Source: Carcharhinus amblyrhynchos
Lineage: Eukaryota
Assembly (NCBI GenBank): GCA_965287045.1
Contig: OZ336871.1
Coordinates: forward strand, 48,484,001 to 48,548,000
Direction of reading: 5' to 3'
Length of the DNA stretch: 64,000 nt
The notes under the pieces were generated by a model, which worked only from the letters and a program-made list of their open reading frames with translations, had not been told where the DNA came from and ran no database searches. This document shows, piece after piece, positions 13,525 to 26,958 of the stretch. The translations under genes were made by a program, and so were the position numbers. Positions within the stretch are counted from its first letter, which is position 1, and every line of letters starts with the position of its first letter.

Positions 13525-13830
13525 AGAGTCTATAGCACAGAAACAGCAATTTTAGCCCATGTCATCTGTGCCAACATTTGTGCTCTATATGCTCTTCATT
13601 GAACCCTATTATATATCCTTCTATTGCTTTCTCCTTTACCGAACTTTCCGTTAAATCCATCTATGCTACCTCAACCATTCCTTGTGGTAGCATATTCCAC
13701 GTTCTAACCACACTTTGGTAAATTTCTTACTGGATTTATTAGTCTTATATTTCTGTTCTTTAGCTTTGAACTTGCCACAAGTAGAAATATTTCCTCCATT
13801 TCTGCATTGCTAACCAACTTCTTAATCATA
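13525..13830 (-). mobile_element. Old CR1 3' fragment
   Basis: Reverse tail (tagcacagaaacagcaattttagccc) and ..catattccacgttctaaccacactt. Confidence 0.55.
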
Positions 13831-14599
13831 AAGGGTCAACAATTGGTGATGTTTAGGGCAGGGAGTCAAGATTCCTGACCTATCTCAGTACTTTGCTGTC
13901 GGTCTGAGCCGGTCCAGTGCCGTTGGCCTGAGCCGGTCCAGTTCCATGAGCTGCCTGAAGGCTCAGCAAAAAATCAAACAGCAGGTGCTGATCTTATGTG
14001 GTGCAGCCAACCTACACATCTTAAAAGACAGTCTGTCGTGTTCATATCAATAATGGCATATGAAGGAGGAATAATTCAATCGCTTGTATTTTACCTTCAA
14101 GTTTATTCTTCATACAGTTCAGTGGAACTATGAACTCTTATGGTTCTCCTGAATGTGTTTATACTGTTTTGTAGGTTGACCCTATGACCATCTCCTGTCT
14201 TTAATAATGCAATTAGCTGACCAATGTAATATGCAATTGCTACATTGAAACACCACATTCTACGGAAGCAAGCTACTGCTGACTGCCTATGCTGACATTA
14301 GTTGCATTGGGGAACTTCACAATTCGCGCATCAAGTGCAGCCTTGAAAGCCTGAATGGTGGAGATTGACGAGACGAGGCCATGTTTTTACAAGAGGAAGG
14401 GGAAAGCCAGGCAGCATTCGGGGACATTGGAAAGATGCTCATTCACCAGTATAGGAAAAACCCAATTCGTTTATTTACTGGTTACAACAATACAGGGGCT
14501 TGCACCACAAGGCTGTAATCAGCTCCCAAGATGACTCTGAATAGAAGCCAGTGCTTACCAGAGTGATCCCCCAACCTGCTCCCTGATTGATTTTCCTGG

Positions 14600-14770
14600 A
14601 TCATGTGATCTTTACTCTGCAGATTGGTCCTCAATGGGACTATCACCACGGCAATCCTCCAGAGGGATTGGGAGCAGATGGTCAAGGAAGTCAATAGATG
14701 GTGTGTGGCCCCAAGAAATTAGCAACAGTGTCATAAGAAATTTAACGTCCTCATGCAGGAGGTCAAGGAC
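14600..14770 (+). pseudogene. Harbinger-associated Myb/SANT (trihelix) fragment
   Basis: LQRDWEQMVKEVNRWCVAPRN*QQCHKKFNVLMQEVK. Confidence 0.65.
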
Positions 14771-17700
14771 AGTGAATGCATTGGCATCTCATCACATGAG
14801 CAGCCTCTCATACTTCTCAGTGCACCACACCTGAATCATTCAGCCATCAGCAGTCCCTGACACTCAGGACTCATACCTAACATCCAGATACTCCACCCCA
14901 TCCTCACATATATGCCAATGTCAGTCCCACATGAGCCCTTGTTGTCTTCACATAACCTAAATCTACTGCAACCCTGGATATCACTGATATCCTTCCCTCT
15001 CTTTAGTAGGACAAAGTTGCCATTAATAAATGAAAGCCGAGCATTTTCGAGGATTGGCAACGGTGCCCGCAGTTTCTGAGCCCTGCAGAGGAGATGGTGC
15101 TCTTTGCCACCAGCCAGCTGTGGCAGTCAGAGAACATTGAGATTGACTGTGTTCTTGCCTTATGTCCATTCTCAATTCCTAGTTTATCTTTATCCTACTA
15201 CTTTGCAGGATGTCCAAGTTGCTGATGGTGTGACCAAAGACCTCTTGCTTCCCACTCCACATCTTTTCCTCACTTTAGTCTTTACCTTTCTGATTTTCTG
15301 CTTTAAATTCTCAAGAACTGCCACCTACTCAGCTCCATCACATTCAGGAGTAAAAGAGAGAAACACCTACTCATTCCACAGACCAAAAAGTACCATTATT
15401 TGATCTTACATACGCAACCTGCTCAGATACTGGCACTGCACGTACCTTAGAAGCTACTATAGAGCTGAGATCTGCATGTGCGAAGCCATCAGATATGGTG
15501 TGGGGTGGGGGGGGGGGGTGGTTTTGCAGGGGGAAGGTCACAGAATGAGGGATTCAGAGGAAGATTCTGATAGAGCAATTTGTAGGAAAAGACTGATAAA
15601 GATGACACCAAGATGCTTGGTGCAAATTGCTTGTTGAAGAAGATGGAGTTGTCTGGTTCCAACTCGGCAGAAGGCAACATGCAAAGCTTTCCTTCTCTTC
15701 AGCCTCCACTTTACCTCCTTGTTATACGATAAACCTACAGAACTGCAACTGGAGCCCCCATACCTGTTGAAGCCTTTGTTCCCAATTCCTTTGTCCATCA
15801 TTTGAAGATGCAGCAACTCAATATCCCCCTGTATTGTGGAGTCCACTAGATGTAGACAAAAGTCATAGGTAGAAGAAGGATTGGAATGAGGCACTCACTG
15901 AGTGTTAAAATGGGTGGTGCAGGCCTGTAGGGCCTGTTTCCTGTGCTGTGTAGTTCTTTGTTCTTTGAAAACATTCCACATTGCTTCCACGGACTTTGCA
16001 ATCAAGGAGTTAGTGTTAATTACTTTGCTTGCAAGTAGGCTGGCTGACTGTTTAGGTAACACTATGCTGGGACCCTCTTGCAGCTGTGCACATGCTCATT
16101 GCATTTAGTGAGTCACAAGCAAATGCTGAATGGCTGTGCATGGCTCACATTTGTAGAGCATCCATCAGTCCAGTGGCATACAGGCTGCATTGGAAACAGC
16201 TGAAGTGTACAGCACTTGGAGAGCCTCCAGCTCCAATCGTGTATACTCCAGCAAACTACAAGTTAAATTCCACACAAAAACTCTTCATCAGGTCACCCTA
16301 TTTCTCTTTCTCTCCCCCAGTTTTTCCTTCTGCAGCTGACATTGAATTCACCGAGTATAAGTCACCCAGTATAATTCTGCATCCTTCTCTGCCGTTGTGC
16401 TGTTTATTTCTCAATCTTTCAATTTTATTGGTTAAAGAAACCTACAGTCATTTCTCCCAGTCACTCAATTTCCAAATGCCAGGTTTACCACAGTGTTTTT
16501 AGTGTGCACTTACGGCAACTTGTCGCACAAAAAAAAATTAAAAACCTATATGTCCAAGAACAAGTCTAACCAACGACCAATTTTAGACATCTTGCTACAG
16601 CAGAATCTCGCTTAATACATCTGTAAACATGTCCCATGTACAAGATCTTAATGCCTTGTGTTGTATTTTCTATTGTGCTTAAGTTGTCAGCTTTTTCTCA
16701 TTATAAATTCCCATTCCCCCATGATGTGGTCATCCTCACCCACCTCATTCATGGCACGGTTTTCACCTGAAGCTGAACTTGGTCTTGATTTCTTGCAGAG
16801 GGAACATTTGGGACTATTATTCATTCTAAATTGGAAAATAGATGACTTTAGATCTTCTCATCTTTCACTTTAGCCTGTTCCTTCAAACAGGCACAACCTT
16901 CATGAAAAATGTTGGGAAAGCTCTATTCTATGCATAATGGTGGAATGGGATAAATTGCATTGAAGCATGTCATTGCACAATTCACAAATAATGTGATGAG
17001 AATGATTCATGGCCTTCCTCTCTCCCTTGCCACAAGCTAAATCTCCTGAGTATTTTTACATGAGAATGATGCCCTTTATTTAAAAAGAAATCCAGTTCAT
17101 TTTGAATGTTTTATAAAGTGAACAAATACACCAGCTATGTTACTATTACAATGGATATATTCATTGCAAATGTCAAACATAATTTCACCAATTAGCATGC
17201 TGAGCACAGCATATTACTAAATGGATACTATGGTATCTGGTTTCCTGATTAATGTAATATTTTTATTTGAGTACAGGATTTTGGTGCTCTCTTTCAGCTC
17301 AGTTCATCATTTTAACTCATTAAATGATGAAATATTGGAAGTTCATATTACTGACCTGTATGTATTTACTTATTTCCTTTCTTCTTTCTCTATTCTTTTT
17401 TCAACTGCAGTTTGATAGGTAGTTTTGTCATATCTGCCAGGATTGCCCTATTTGAGATGGGCATGAAGGCAATTTCCAGACTTAAAGGAACCTTAATAAT
17501 GGATCTATGGGTGGTACGTAAGATGGCATGAGTTCACTCAGATGAGATTTTGTCCTGACCCTCCACTTGACTAAAGGGTTCATCTGTTGAATGTACTTTA
17601 ATGTTAACTGAATATTTTCAGGATTACAATGGATTAAATTAAAATTTCTAGTTGCAGTACAATAAAACAAACTTTGAGAATAATTGTAATAAAATTGTGC

Positions 17701-17799
17701 TTGATCAATGTTTGGTGTAACCCAATCTGGCGTAAATATGATGGATCATTTTATCTAAACAAGGACTGAACCTAGATCTCATTATTTGTACAGATTCCT

Positions 17800-18880
17800 T
17801 GGGGGCATTTTTCTGACCCCGCCCATTCAGACGCAGGTCGAGCAGCGACTGCACAAGGTTGGAGAATCAACAGGAGGGGGCTAGTGAGTTTAGCACCGAT
17901 GATAACCCGTTTTGTGATCCTCATGTCATCTGGCTCCTGCCAGCAAGAACGGGAATCAGATTAGCAGATTTAAATATTCATTTATATATACTTAATCGAT
18001 TTCAAGCCAGTTTAGAATCCCTACAGTGTGGAAGGAGGCCATTCAGCCCATCATGTCTGCACCAACTCTCTGAAAATCCATCATATCCAGGCAACTTCAA
18101 GACTTCCCACCCATTTCAGGAGCCCTGCCCACGCTGGGCCCCTTTTGGCAGTGTCAACCTGGCACCCTGGTAGTGCCAACCTGGACACTAGTAGTGATTC
18201 ATGAAGTGTTCCTGCTGCTCCCGAGAGTCGGAGTTTTCAGGAAGCATGGCGATCCGGCTTCAGATTGGCAAAACATATTTAAATGAAGATTTCCACCATC
18301 GCTGGAAGGAACCAGATTACATCTGAGCTGGGGTGGGGAGTGGGAATTCCGAAGCAGCCCCTCCCACAATTCTACAACCATGCAATCAAAGGTCCTTCTC
18401 TGCCCCTACGGATATTGTGACCCCCGAAGAGATAAACATCAGCCCCCTCCCTCCTCCTCCTCCTCCTCCTCCCCCCACCCCCCTACAAGTGACTGAAACC
18501 CAGCTAAGGTCTCAGGGTTAACTAAGGCCACATCCCCTTCAGGGACCTCTATCAGGCCCTGCTTCTTGCCAGTGTCACCCTGGGTAGTGCTATGGCACTA
18601 CTCAACCATTTCCCCAACCATCGAGAGGCTTAAATGACCTCCAAGACACACAGCATGGCGATCATGACTGGTTTCCACTTTTAGAAACATGTAATGATTC
18701 ACAGCAGGTTCCCCCTGCTCCCGGGGATCAGGGAAGTCTGAGAGTAGGGAGAATCTGACTTGAAACTGGCCTGATTCACGTGTTCACTGGAAGTGAACCA
18801 GATTATGTCGGGGTGCGGGAGCATGGAGAATCCCAGTGCTAAATGTGCTCTGGCCCATCCCGAACAATTCTCTGGCCCTG
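17800..18880. mobile_element. Harbinger-like non-autonomous element with embedded SINE/CR1 tail
   Basis: GC-rich subterminal blocks and repeated gtgccaacctgg(c)a motifs; TIRs degenerate. Confidence 0.45.
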
Positions 18881-18959
18881 CATGGCTCCAGCGTGAACTG
18901 CACATGAGGCCAAAGAAGTGCATCCTTGATGTTTGCAATTATTTCCACTAAAGGATACG

Positions 18960-19880
18960 TTATTGATGTGTTTTCCAGAATTAAAGAATTCATTTGGAAT
19001 TAAAGGGTAGTTAATTTGCCCTATTACCTGGGAACAAGCCAGGCGTGTCACATTGCCATGGAGCTGGGTGGATCTCTGTGAATTCAGTTCAGATCTGGCC
19101 AGCAAGCAAAACTCATTAACGTTTGGGAAAACAGCTAAGAGACTGTGTCAACTGTGGGTCTCATGTAGCTTGGAGCACTTGGAAGGAGAGAGATAAATCC
19201 AGACCTATACCTAGACGTATCATTCATGATGCAGATGGTGTTCAGTATCAGAGAAAGTTGGAAGAGGCAAAAATAGCTGAAAGATTTGCTAAAGGACAAA
19301 ATCAACAATAATCCTCAATAAAAGCCAGTTAACCTTGTGGAGTTAGAGAAATGATCAGTTTGGTTTCAGTTTGAAACCATTGCAGTGGGCTATTAGGAGC
19401 TAAGTGTTTTCTGAAGTTTTAAGCCACTGCACAAGGGTCACTGCGAGGCCCTTGCTGTAGCTGTGGAATCCAGGGTAGTGAGTTTCTAAAATAAATTGGA
19501 GGATCCATTCGCCAAAAGCTACTGTAAGGACCCCATGAAATCTTGTACCTTGAAGGACAGCTGGAACACCAAAGAGAAATCAGAATAAATTCCAGAGAGC
19601 AGTCATTTACCTTTGGTTTGGTCCAGAGAAGAAGTGAATGAACTGTAAAGATTTTTCAAAATAATGGAAATCTTGGAGGGAAGTAAAAAGTAGAACTGAA
19701 TTTATGGACAAGTCTTTATAAATTATATGTTAATCCTGTTTACTTTGTTTAATTTTTCTTTTTATATACAATGAAGTTAGCATTTGTTAAAAGTAAAATC
19801 GAGTGATGTAGTTCTGTCAGTCAATTACCGAGTGGTTCAATTTCTTCTTTAAATGTTAACATCCCTAACAGGATTGTTTG
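18960..19880 (+). mobile_element. Probable solo LTR (ERV/Gypsy-like)
   Basis: LTR-like composition and 3' end (..tccctaacaggattg); termini and TSD not verified. Confidence 0.35.
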
Positions 19881-19964
19881 TCATGCGTATGATCTATCTA
19901 TGTAAATTGTTTTACAAAATATATTTGTGAACTCAGAGGGGATATTAGTGATGATTTCCATAAT

Positions 19965-20397
19965 AAAGAACAAAGAAAAGTGCAGCACAGAAACAGACCC
20001 TTCAGCCCTCCAAGCCCGTGCTGATCATGCTGCCTGAACTAATTAAAAAAATCTTCTGCCCTTACTCGGACCGTATCTTCTATTCCCTTCCTATTCATGT
20101 ACCTATCCAGATGCCTCTTAAATGTTATTAATGTGCCTGTTTCCATCACCTCCTCTGGCAGCATGTTCCAGGCAACCACCACTCTCTGTGTGGAAGCTTC
20201 CCCTGCACACCTCCCTTAACATTTTCCCCCTGTCACCTTGAACCTGTGTCCCCTTGTAATTAACCTTTCCATCCTGGGAAAAAGCCTCTGATTATCCATC
20301 CTGCCTATGCCTCTCATAATTTTGTAGACCTCTATCAGCCCCACAGCTTCCTTTTTTCCGGTGAAAACAATCTGAGTTTATTCAACCTCTCCTCCTA
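19965..20397 (-). mobile_element. CR1 3' fragment
   Basis: aaagaacaaagaaaagtgcagcacagaaacagacccttcagccc...ctctggcagcatgttccaggcaaccaccactctctg. Confidence 0.85.
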
Positions 20398-20608
20398 ATA
20401 TCCACCCATCTGTGCTCCTCAATCAGGATTGCTTTCCCTCCCTTCCAATTTACCTGGACAGAATAAGCCACCAGTTTTCACACCCCTCTGCTCAGCAAGC
20501 AGCTTGCCAATAGAATGCTAAAAAGCTTTCAAACATGTTTCAATTTAACATTTGTTAAACACATGAATGCTTTCATGAAATGGATAAAAATGTGTTTCCT
20601 TCACATAG

Positions 20609-20735
20609 GTCGGATGGCCACAAAAGTAGCATGTTACCGCGATCTTCGTGCACAAGTAAACCTCTCCTTCTGCAATCCGAGGAGTCGGCCAGCCACTGGA
20701 GTCATCTCTTGCAACGTACAAGCTTGTCCTGCGAG
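20609..20735 (+). CDS. ADAMTS16: ADAMTS16 internal coding exon (TSP1 repeat), 127 nt, phase 1->2
   Basis: Acceptor ttccttcacatag, donor GAG|gtaaga. Translates (G)RMATKVACYRDLRAQVNLSFCNPRSRPATGVISCNVQACPA(S), matching recalled ADAMTS16 GQMTVREGCYRDLKFQVNMSFCNPKTRPVTGLVPCKVSACPPS better than ADAMTS18. Confidence 0.95.
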
Positions 20736-21043
20736 GTAAGAGCTTAAAGTACTAAAATCATTTATTTACAGAAAATTTGAACTGATTTTTGATTTCCTTT
20801 CCAAACCAATTTAGATGTTTTCAACCTAAAATTTGCAAGTATTAAGTTTAGTTAGGCCCTAGGGGAGTTGCTTCTACAATACTTTTTGGTGTGTGTTGGT
20901 GCATGTAATTAAATTTTATAATGACAGCAGATATTATAAATTGACATTTCCATGATTAAAAATGAGATTTTAAAAAAAAATTGGTGTATATTATTGAATA
21001 ACTCTTGCTGCTAAAATATGCTTTATACTAGATCACTGTGCAT

Positions 21044-21330
21044 GACACAGTGCACAGTGGTTAGCACTGCTGCCTCACAGTGCCAGAGACCCGGTTTCGA
21101 TTCCCAGCTTGGGTGACTGTGCGGAATCTGCACGTTCTCCTCGTGTCTGCATGGGTTTCCTCCAAGTGCTCAGTTTTCCTCCCATAGTCCAAAAGACGTG
21201 CTGGTTAGGTGAATTGACAATGCCAAGTCCTCCCTTAGTGTATCCGAACAGGCACTGAATACGGTGATAGGGGATTTTCTCAGTACTTCACTGCGGTGTT
21301 AATGTAAGCCTACTTGTGACACTAATACAA
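21044..21330 (+). mobile_element. HE1-like tRNA-derived V-SINE (non-CR1 tail)
   Basis: A box cagtggttagcac, B box ggtttcgattcc, V domain ctgcacgttctcctcgtgtctgcatgggtttcctcc, tail ...gcctacttgtgacactaatac. Confidence 0.88.
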
Positions 21331-21451
21331 ATGTAAACAGGAGGCAACCATCACCATTGCAGCACGTTCCATGGCTAATCCCTCTAGCCTCCATACTTTC
21401 CTTCTATCAGCCCTTGCAATCACCTGTGCAGTTGCATGAATACCACTCCCA

Positions 21452-21834
21452 TGGGACGGCAGAGTGACACAGGTTAGCACTGCTATCTCACAGCTCCGGA
21501 GACCCGGGTTCAATTCCCACCTTGAATGACTATCTGTGTGGAGTTTGCACATTCTCCCTATGTCTGCATAGGTTTGATTCCCAGCTTGGGTGACTGTGTG
21601 GAGTCTGCATGTTCTCCCCGTGTCTGCATGGGTTTCCTACGGATGCTCCGTTTTCCTGCCATAGTCCAAAGATGTGTGGGTTAAGTTGATTTGCCATGCT
21701 AAATTGCCTCTTAGTGTCAGTGGGATTAGCAGGGTAAATACATGGGGTTATGGGGATAGGACGTGGGAGGGATTGTTGTCGGTGCAGATTTGATAGGCGG
21801 AATGGTCTGTTTCTGCACTGAAGGAATTATATGA
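21452..21834 (+). mobile_element. HE1-like V-SINE with internal duplication and CR1-type tail
   Basis: tRNA-like head (ggttagcactgct..gggttcaattccc), duplicated V segment, tail gaatggtctgtttctgcactg. Confidence 0.88.
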
Positions 21835-23299
21835 TGTGCCTTTGACACGGGAGGAATCAGGCAACGGGGATATTAATTTGTGTTGACTTTCTGATCAAAT
21901 AGAGCAAAAAATGCAAACATGAAAGATTGCAATGCAAAAATATTTTAACTTTACAGTAAATACATGAATAAAATTGGGCAATGTGGCATCATCGTAAGTC
22001 CAATTGTCTAAGGCTATATGAGCATTGGTTGGGGTGGGGGAAGAATGTCCTATTGAAGTACATTAATCACATTGCTGAGCTCATTTTAAACATGGACTGC
22101 AGATTGCATTCTTCTCAATCATTCCTGTCATTTCAGCAATAGTTCAGTGTGTTTCCTAAATATTTAATACGTTGTAAATAATGCAAGCACAGTAGCATAT
22201 AGATACATTATAGTAATGTTATCAGTACAATAAAATAATTTTATTTAACAAAAGAGCAACGTTTCACATTTTGAGTTATATAGTAAGTAATGTATAATGG
22301 CAAAAACTAATGAAGACTAGTTCATGGCATCATGTATTCAAAATCGACTTCCAGTAACTAACTTTAGGAGAAGTGATCGATTGTTACAAATTCAGATGTA
22401 TACATATTTCTAACAATCACAAATTTCTAATGTTTAGCATCATCATTAAAATTTCAATAAGGGCAATTAATTTTATTCTTGAGTCCCTTTGGTATCCTTA
22501 TAGACAAATATTGTTGCTATTCATTTTTTCATGAAAAAATTATAAGAATATTTTCTGCTCCTTCTACAGTTAGAATCATAAAAATTATGTTGTAATGGTG
22601 ATTTCTCTGTTCCAGCTCTAATATACACAGGCATGCATGTGCTTAGGACATGTTTTTGACAACCACAGCAAAGATTTTGTTGATATTTACTTATTTATAT
22701 CATCTACATTTTTTGCTCAGAAACAATGGAGAGCGGGTCCCTATTTTGATTTTTGCCAAGGTATCAGCTTGCAGCACTCCCAGGTCAAGTAAGAATAGCA
22801 ATGCTACTTAGTCATCCTGTGTGGAACACTACATACTTTTTCGATTAACAATCCAATCAATTTTGTTGCCTGTGAATCAGGAAATAAATTAAGTTCTTTA
22901 GAAATGGGCAGGATGGAGGGGGGGAAATGGCTTTTCAGCCTGTGTTCTTATCCAGGAGTGCTGTACAAAAGTCAGCTTGATTGACAGGCCTGGCTTCCAG
23001 TTGTGCAGGGAATGTGCCAGAACAGGTTAAAGCCCTAAGTAAAGACCTTGCAACTTCTAGTGAGAACATGGAAGAATTCCCGTAGATTTGAATCCCAGAC
23101 CCCAGTGGGATAGTCTGATCCCTGCTCAGGTGGGGATGGGGATATGCGTATGCAAGGGATCCGATTTGAAAGAAGGTAAACTGATGAGAGAAAGGGGAAA
23201 TAAAAGAATAACTCCTCTCCTGGAACATAGACATTGCTATCGAGGCATTCACCTTCTCCCCGAAGCTGTCCTAGTCTACTTTCAGATGCTGAGTTTCTT

Positions 23300-23783
23300 A
23301 GAGCCTGGGAAACTCAGCCAGCCAGGCTCATGTGAGTTGCCAGTTCTCGAGCCTTTTAACACCTCTGGACAAAGATACCGAGAGACATCATCTGTCTTCT
23401 CACTCTCAGACAGCAGCCTCCAGGGAAAAACCTGCTTCACACAGCAGAACCCCAGAGAAAGAAAGAAAATACCCCTTGCCTTTTGCAGATACTAGCAGAC
23501 AACTGCCTCCTTGTCTTTCTGTAAGGCTAGCTCTCAACTTGTCAAGCAGCCTAGTTAAATCCTACGGTGAAACCCCAGTGGACAACCATAAAAATAACAA
23601 AACTGCATTAACTCAGATTAAAACGAATACCCCAATTATTAGGAGTGATTACCCTTCTGCATGCTCAGCATGTGGCCTGCCAGTTGCAGACAAATCAGCT
23701 CCATTTAAACAGAATTGAACTATAAAACTGCCTCCTCGCAGGAAACATGACAAACACATTTCTTAAAGCACAGTATTGTCACA
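23300..23783 (-). mobile_element. Probable LTR fragment
   Basis: Minus strand starts TGTGACAATACTGTGCTTTAAGAAATGTGTTTG, an LTR-like 5' terminus. Confidence 0.4.
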
Positions 23784-26132
23784 CAGTACACAGATTCTTC
23801 ACTGACTTCTGGAAGGAACTAATGACATGGAAGTTGAGGGCCACTGTGACCTTCAGAACCACTAGCATTGGGTGGCTACCCATGCAGTTGGAGACAATCT
23901 CTGACCAATCATCTGGTGATGGTGTCCCTCAAGAAAAGGAGCCTCTTTCAGACTGGAGTTCAGACATGTTGAAGTAGTTAGACACTGCTTTTATACGCCG
24001 ACTGAAGGGTAGTGACATCTCCTGCAGATCTTTCCACCTTGCACTCCCTACTGGCTCTATGGCCCCTGTGCCAATGCCTCCCCTCCCACCAGATGCTGCA
24101 TAGTCACCTGGCCTTCTCTCTCTCCTGGTCCCACTAGCTCAGTATATAATCCCCATTATCAAACAATGCATGAGACGCTGTCTCGTGCATCTAAGACTGT
24201 ACTCTGCTTAAATCTTCAGAAAAAGGTGGCCAAAAAGAAGTATTCCAAAAGAAAATTATCCACGCATGGAATGCACCAGAAATGTCACAGAAACCTTCCA
24301 AGTCACGTAAATTTCTCAGAAAAATGCAAAACTAATGAGACAGAGCCTTTGCTGTGGGACCCTTTTATACCATCCCTGCATGAGAACAGGAGGAAAACAT
24401 GTTGGCCACCTGCCCATGTTGCCTGTGCCACGATCACAAAATTGCACGTGCAATGTAAAATGGCTCTCCATTGGTCAATTAAAGGCCTTAATTGGCCCTC
24501 TAAGTGTCAGGCACGCTTCCAATTTCTATGCACGCCTGTCGACCGTAATATCACTCGCATATGCAATAACATTAGAACGTTCACCCGAAATCTTGTCACA
24601 TAATTTCATGCGGGTTCAGGTCAGGTGCAAGCCTGCTTTCTTCATATAAAATTCTGGCCCTGGTTTATCTTCTATCTCTTTCATTTTCAGACCTGTCTTA
24701 ACCAGATTCCTTCCACTATTCTTACTAGGTTAAAGTCTTATCGATGCAGCCACATTTATCATATTCTTTTAACCGATTGAAGTGTTATAAATGCATAAAA
24801 ATGTAAAAGCACTGCCTCTCCTCCTGTGTTCAAAGTGAGATGGAAACATTACATGTGCAATGACCAAACGTAAACATTGAACAAACTCTTCAAATGCTAA
24901 TAAATGTTTTTTGACAAATCAGCTTTTAATGGTGAGCTTTGTGGTGAGTACAGCTTTTGTGGTCTACCTCTGACTGGTATATTATGGCCAGCAACACAGC
25001 TGTCTGGATCTGCGGGTGTAAGGCACTCGAAATTTAAAGCACTTCATGTGTCAGATTACTCTCAAGATTCAAAGCGGTTAGACTAACCAAATCCTCTGGG
25101 CTCCAAAACGCTGCAGGGTGTTGAAGTGCTGTAGATCCGGGAGTTCCTGAAGTGCGAACACAGTTAAAAATGTTTCATCAGCTGATATGAATAGCATTTC
25201 TTTGCCAGTTTTACTAACTGGCGGCAGCCATTCTGGCTTATGAAGGCTGATGGCTGGTCGCCAGCAAGCAACTACCTTTCTCCATCCGATTACCTCATTA
25301 AGGTTCATCTTAATAACCAGACTAGACAAACTGTAATATTCTGGTCATCAGACTGGAATGTCCGATATTCAGTGTCAAGTGTCATGTTTCAGCCCTGAAC
25401 CTGCCAGCATCACAAAGTCAGCAGATTGACTGGTTCCCATTTCTTTTAACTGTTAGATACCACATTCCTCATGCATAGGCTTCTGCAAAACACCAAAAAT
25501 ATTTTTTCACTGTTTTTGTTTTGCCATTTTAATGTTGCAATAATATTTTGTGTGCACGCTTTAAATAAAATTTTTATAAATTAGATATTTTTAAGATAGC
25601 TCTTCTGCTCTCCTTTCTGCTATCCCCATGAATTAAAGAAATTTTGCCTCGGCTTCTACTAGTGTAGCTCTGTAACTGGCAGCTCAAGATATTAAAAACA
25701 TTCTATCAGTAGTTTTATTCTCTTCAGCCTCACCACTCTGCCTGTCCAAGGAAACCCAACAAAAAAACTCTCAACTGTAGGTGCCAGGTAGAGAATTGAG
25801 TTCCCCAATGGCCTTTCTCTCCTCGTGCTGGGTCGCAGGGGAACTTGAGCTCACCATCTTGAGCCCACTGTAAAGCCACCTGTCCTGGGGGAGGCTCACT
25901 AACTATGCAGGGTGGGTTTCCAGTGGAATTCCTGTCACTACGAGGGAGCACTCCACTGCTGCAGGGTTTGTGGGGTTGGCGGGGGGGGTCCAGACAAAAT
26001 TTTCAGAAGGGGCTGTTGCAAAATCACCACTGCAGTTGCAAAGGATGCTAGGCCAAATGTTAGGATACAGAAACACCAAACTGTGTCAAGGCCAAAATAG
26101 GCAAGGTTTAAATTCTGAAAAAGGCAGCAAAT

Positions 26133-26958
26133 GGGCCCTATTTTGTTATTTTAATTCTAAGCGGACTTGAAACTGGGAGTGTTTCAGATCCAACTTTTAG
26201 ACCCGTTCTCAGGTGCCCCCATGTGCAACCTGCCCAAAAAAGAAAAGTACGAGTGATTCTGAATCATGTTGCAGAAGCCTGTTGGTGGGGCTTAACACAC
26301 CCGAAATGCTGCAGCTCCGATCGGAGCCTTCAACTGTGCATGCGCAGTAAAATAGAATAGACAGACGCTCCCCTGCCACATCACTCCTGGGACAGATTTT
26401 CCTCCCCCTGGTCTCACAGACAATGCCCAACCCTCACAACATTACTGTCCCCCTTATCCCCCACCCTGACTGATCACAGCCCCCTGGCCCTCTTCCCCAC
26501 CAATCACATGCAGACTGACAGCAGACCCCATCTCCCCCCGCCCCCTCCCCCACTGATCGCATGCAGAGTGGCAGCGGACACCCTCTTCCACCCCCCCCCC
26601 ACCCCACCCCAATTGCTGGAAGCTCTGAACTTACCTTCTCAGAAGCAGGAGCATCCGAATCGGACCTTTGTGGACCATGTCTGTTTCACACCGAATCTGG
26701 ACAGGCGACTATGGTGGTAAAGCAGGAGTGCTGGTAAGTTTGGGCGTCCAGCCCATTAAGTCAATCTGAATACATGCAAATGCATTTAAATTGACATGGT
26801 GCCCGTTTCGGGTGCAGTCCCAATCGTGGCCATTTTCAGCCATTGGTAAAGGAGAACGGCCGCGGAGGTGGCCGTGGATCGGTTTACTCGCCTCACGCCC
26901 GACGTTATCATGTTTTCTCGCCCAAAAATGGGGGCAACTTGATGGTAAAATCGGGCCC
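26133..26958. mobile_element. Non-autonomous Harbinger-type element with TIRs and 3-bp TSD
   Basis: TIRs gggccctattttgttat / atggtaaaatcgggccc; TSD AAT at 26130-26132 and 26959-26961. Confidence 0.8.

Noticed and set aside
13904-13942. ctgagccggtccagt repeated with a 24-nt period
   Set aside because: Only two units; a simple slippage duplication, not a CRISPR-like or functional array.
1-20608. Preceding ADAMTS16 exon (spacer end, ...CSVSCGG)
   Set aside because: Searched by eye and found no matching exon; it probably lies upstream of the window, although a missed exon cannot be fully excluded.
20515-20608. ORF-track N-terminus upstream of the first ADAMTS16 exon
   Set aside because: Intronic read-through; homology starts at the AG acceptor.
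21044-21110. tRNA gene candidate (A and B boxes)
   Set aside because: It is the tRNA-derived head of a SINE, with no full cloverleaf.
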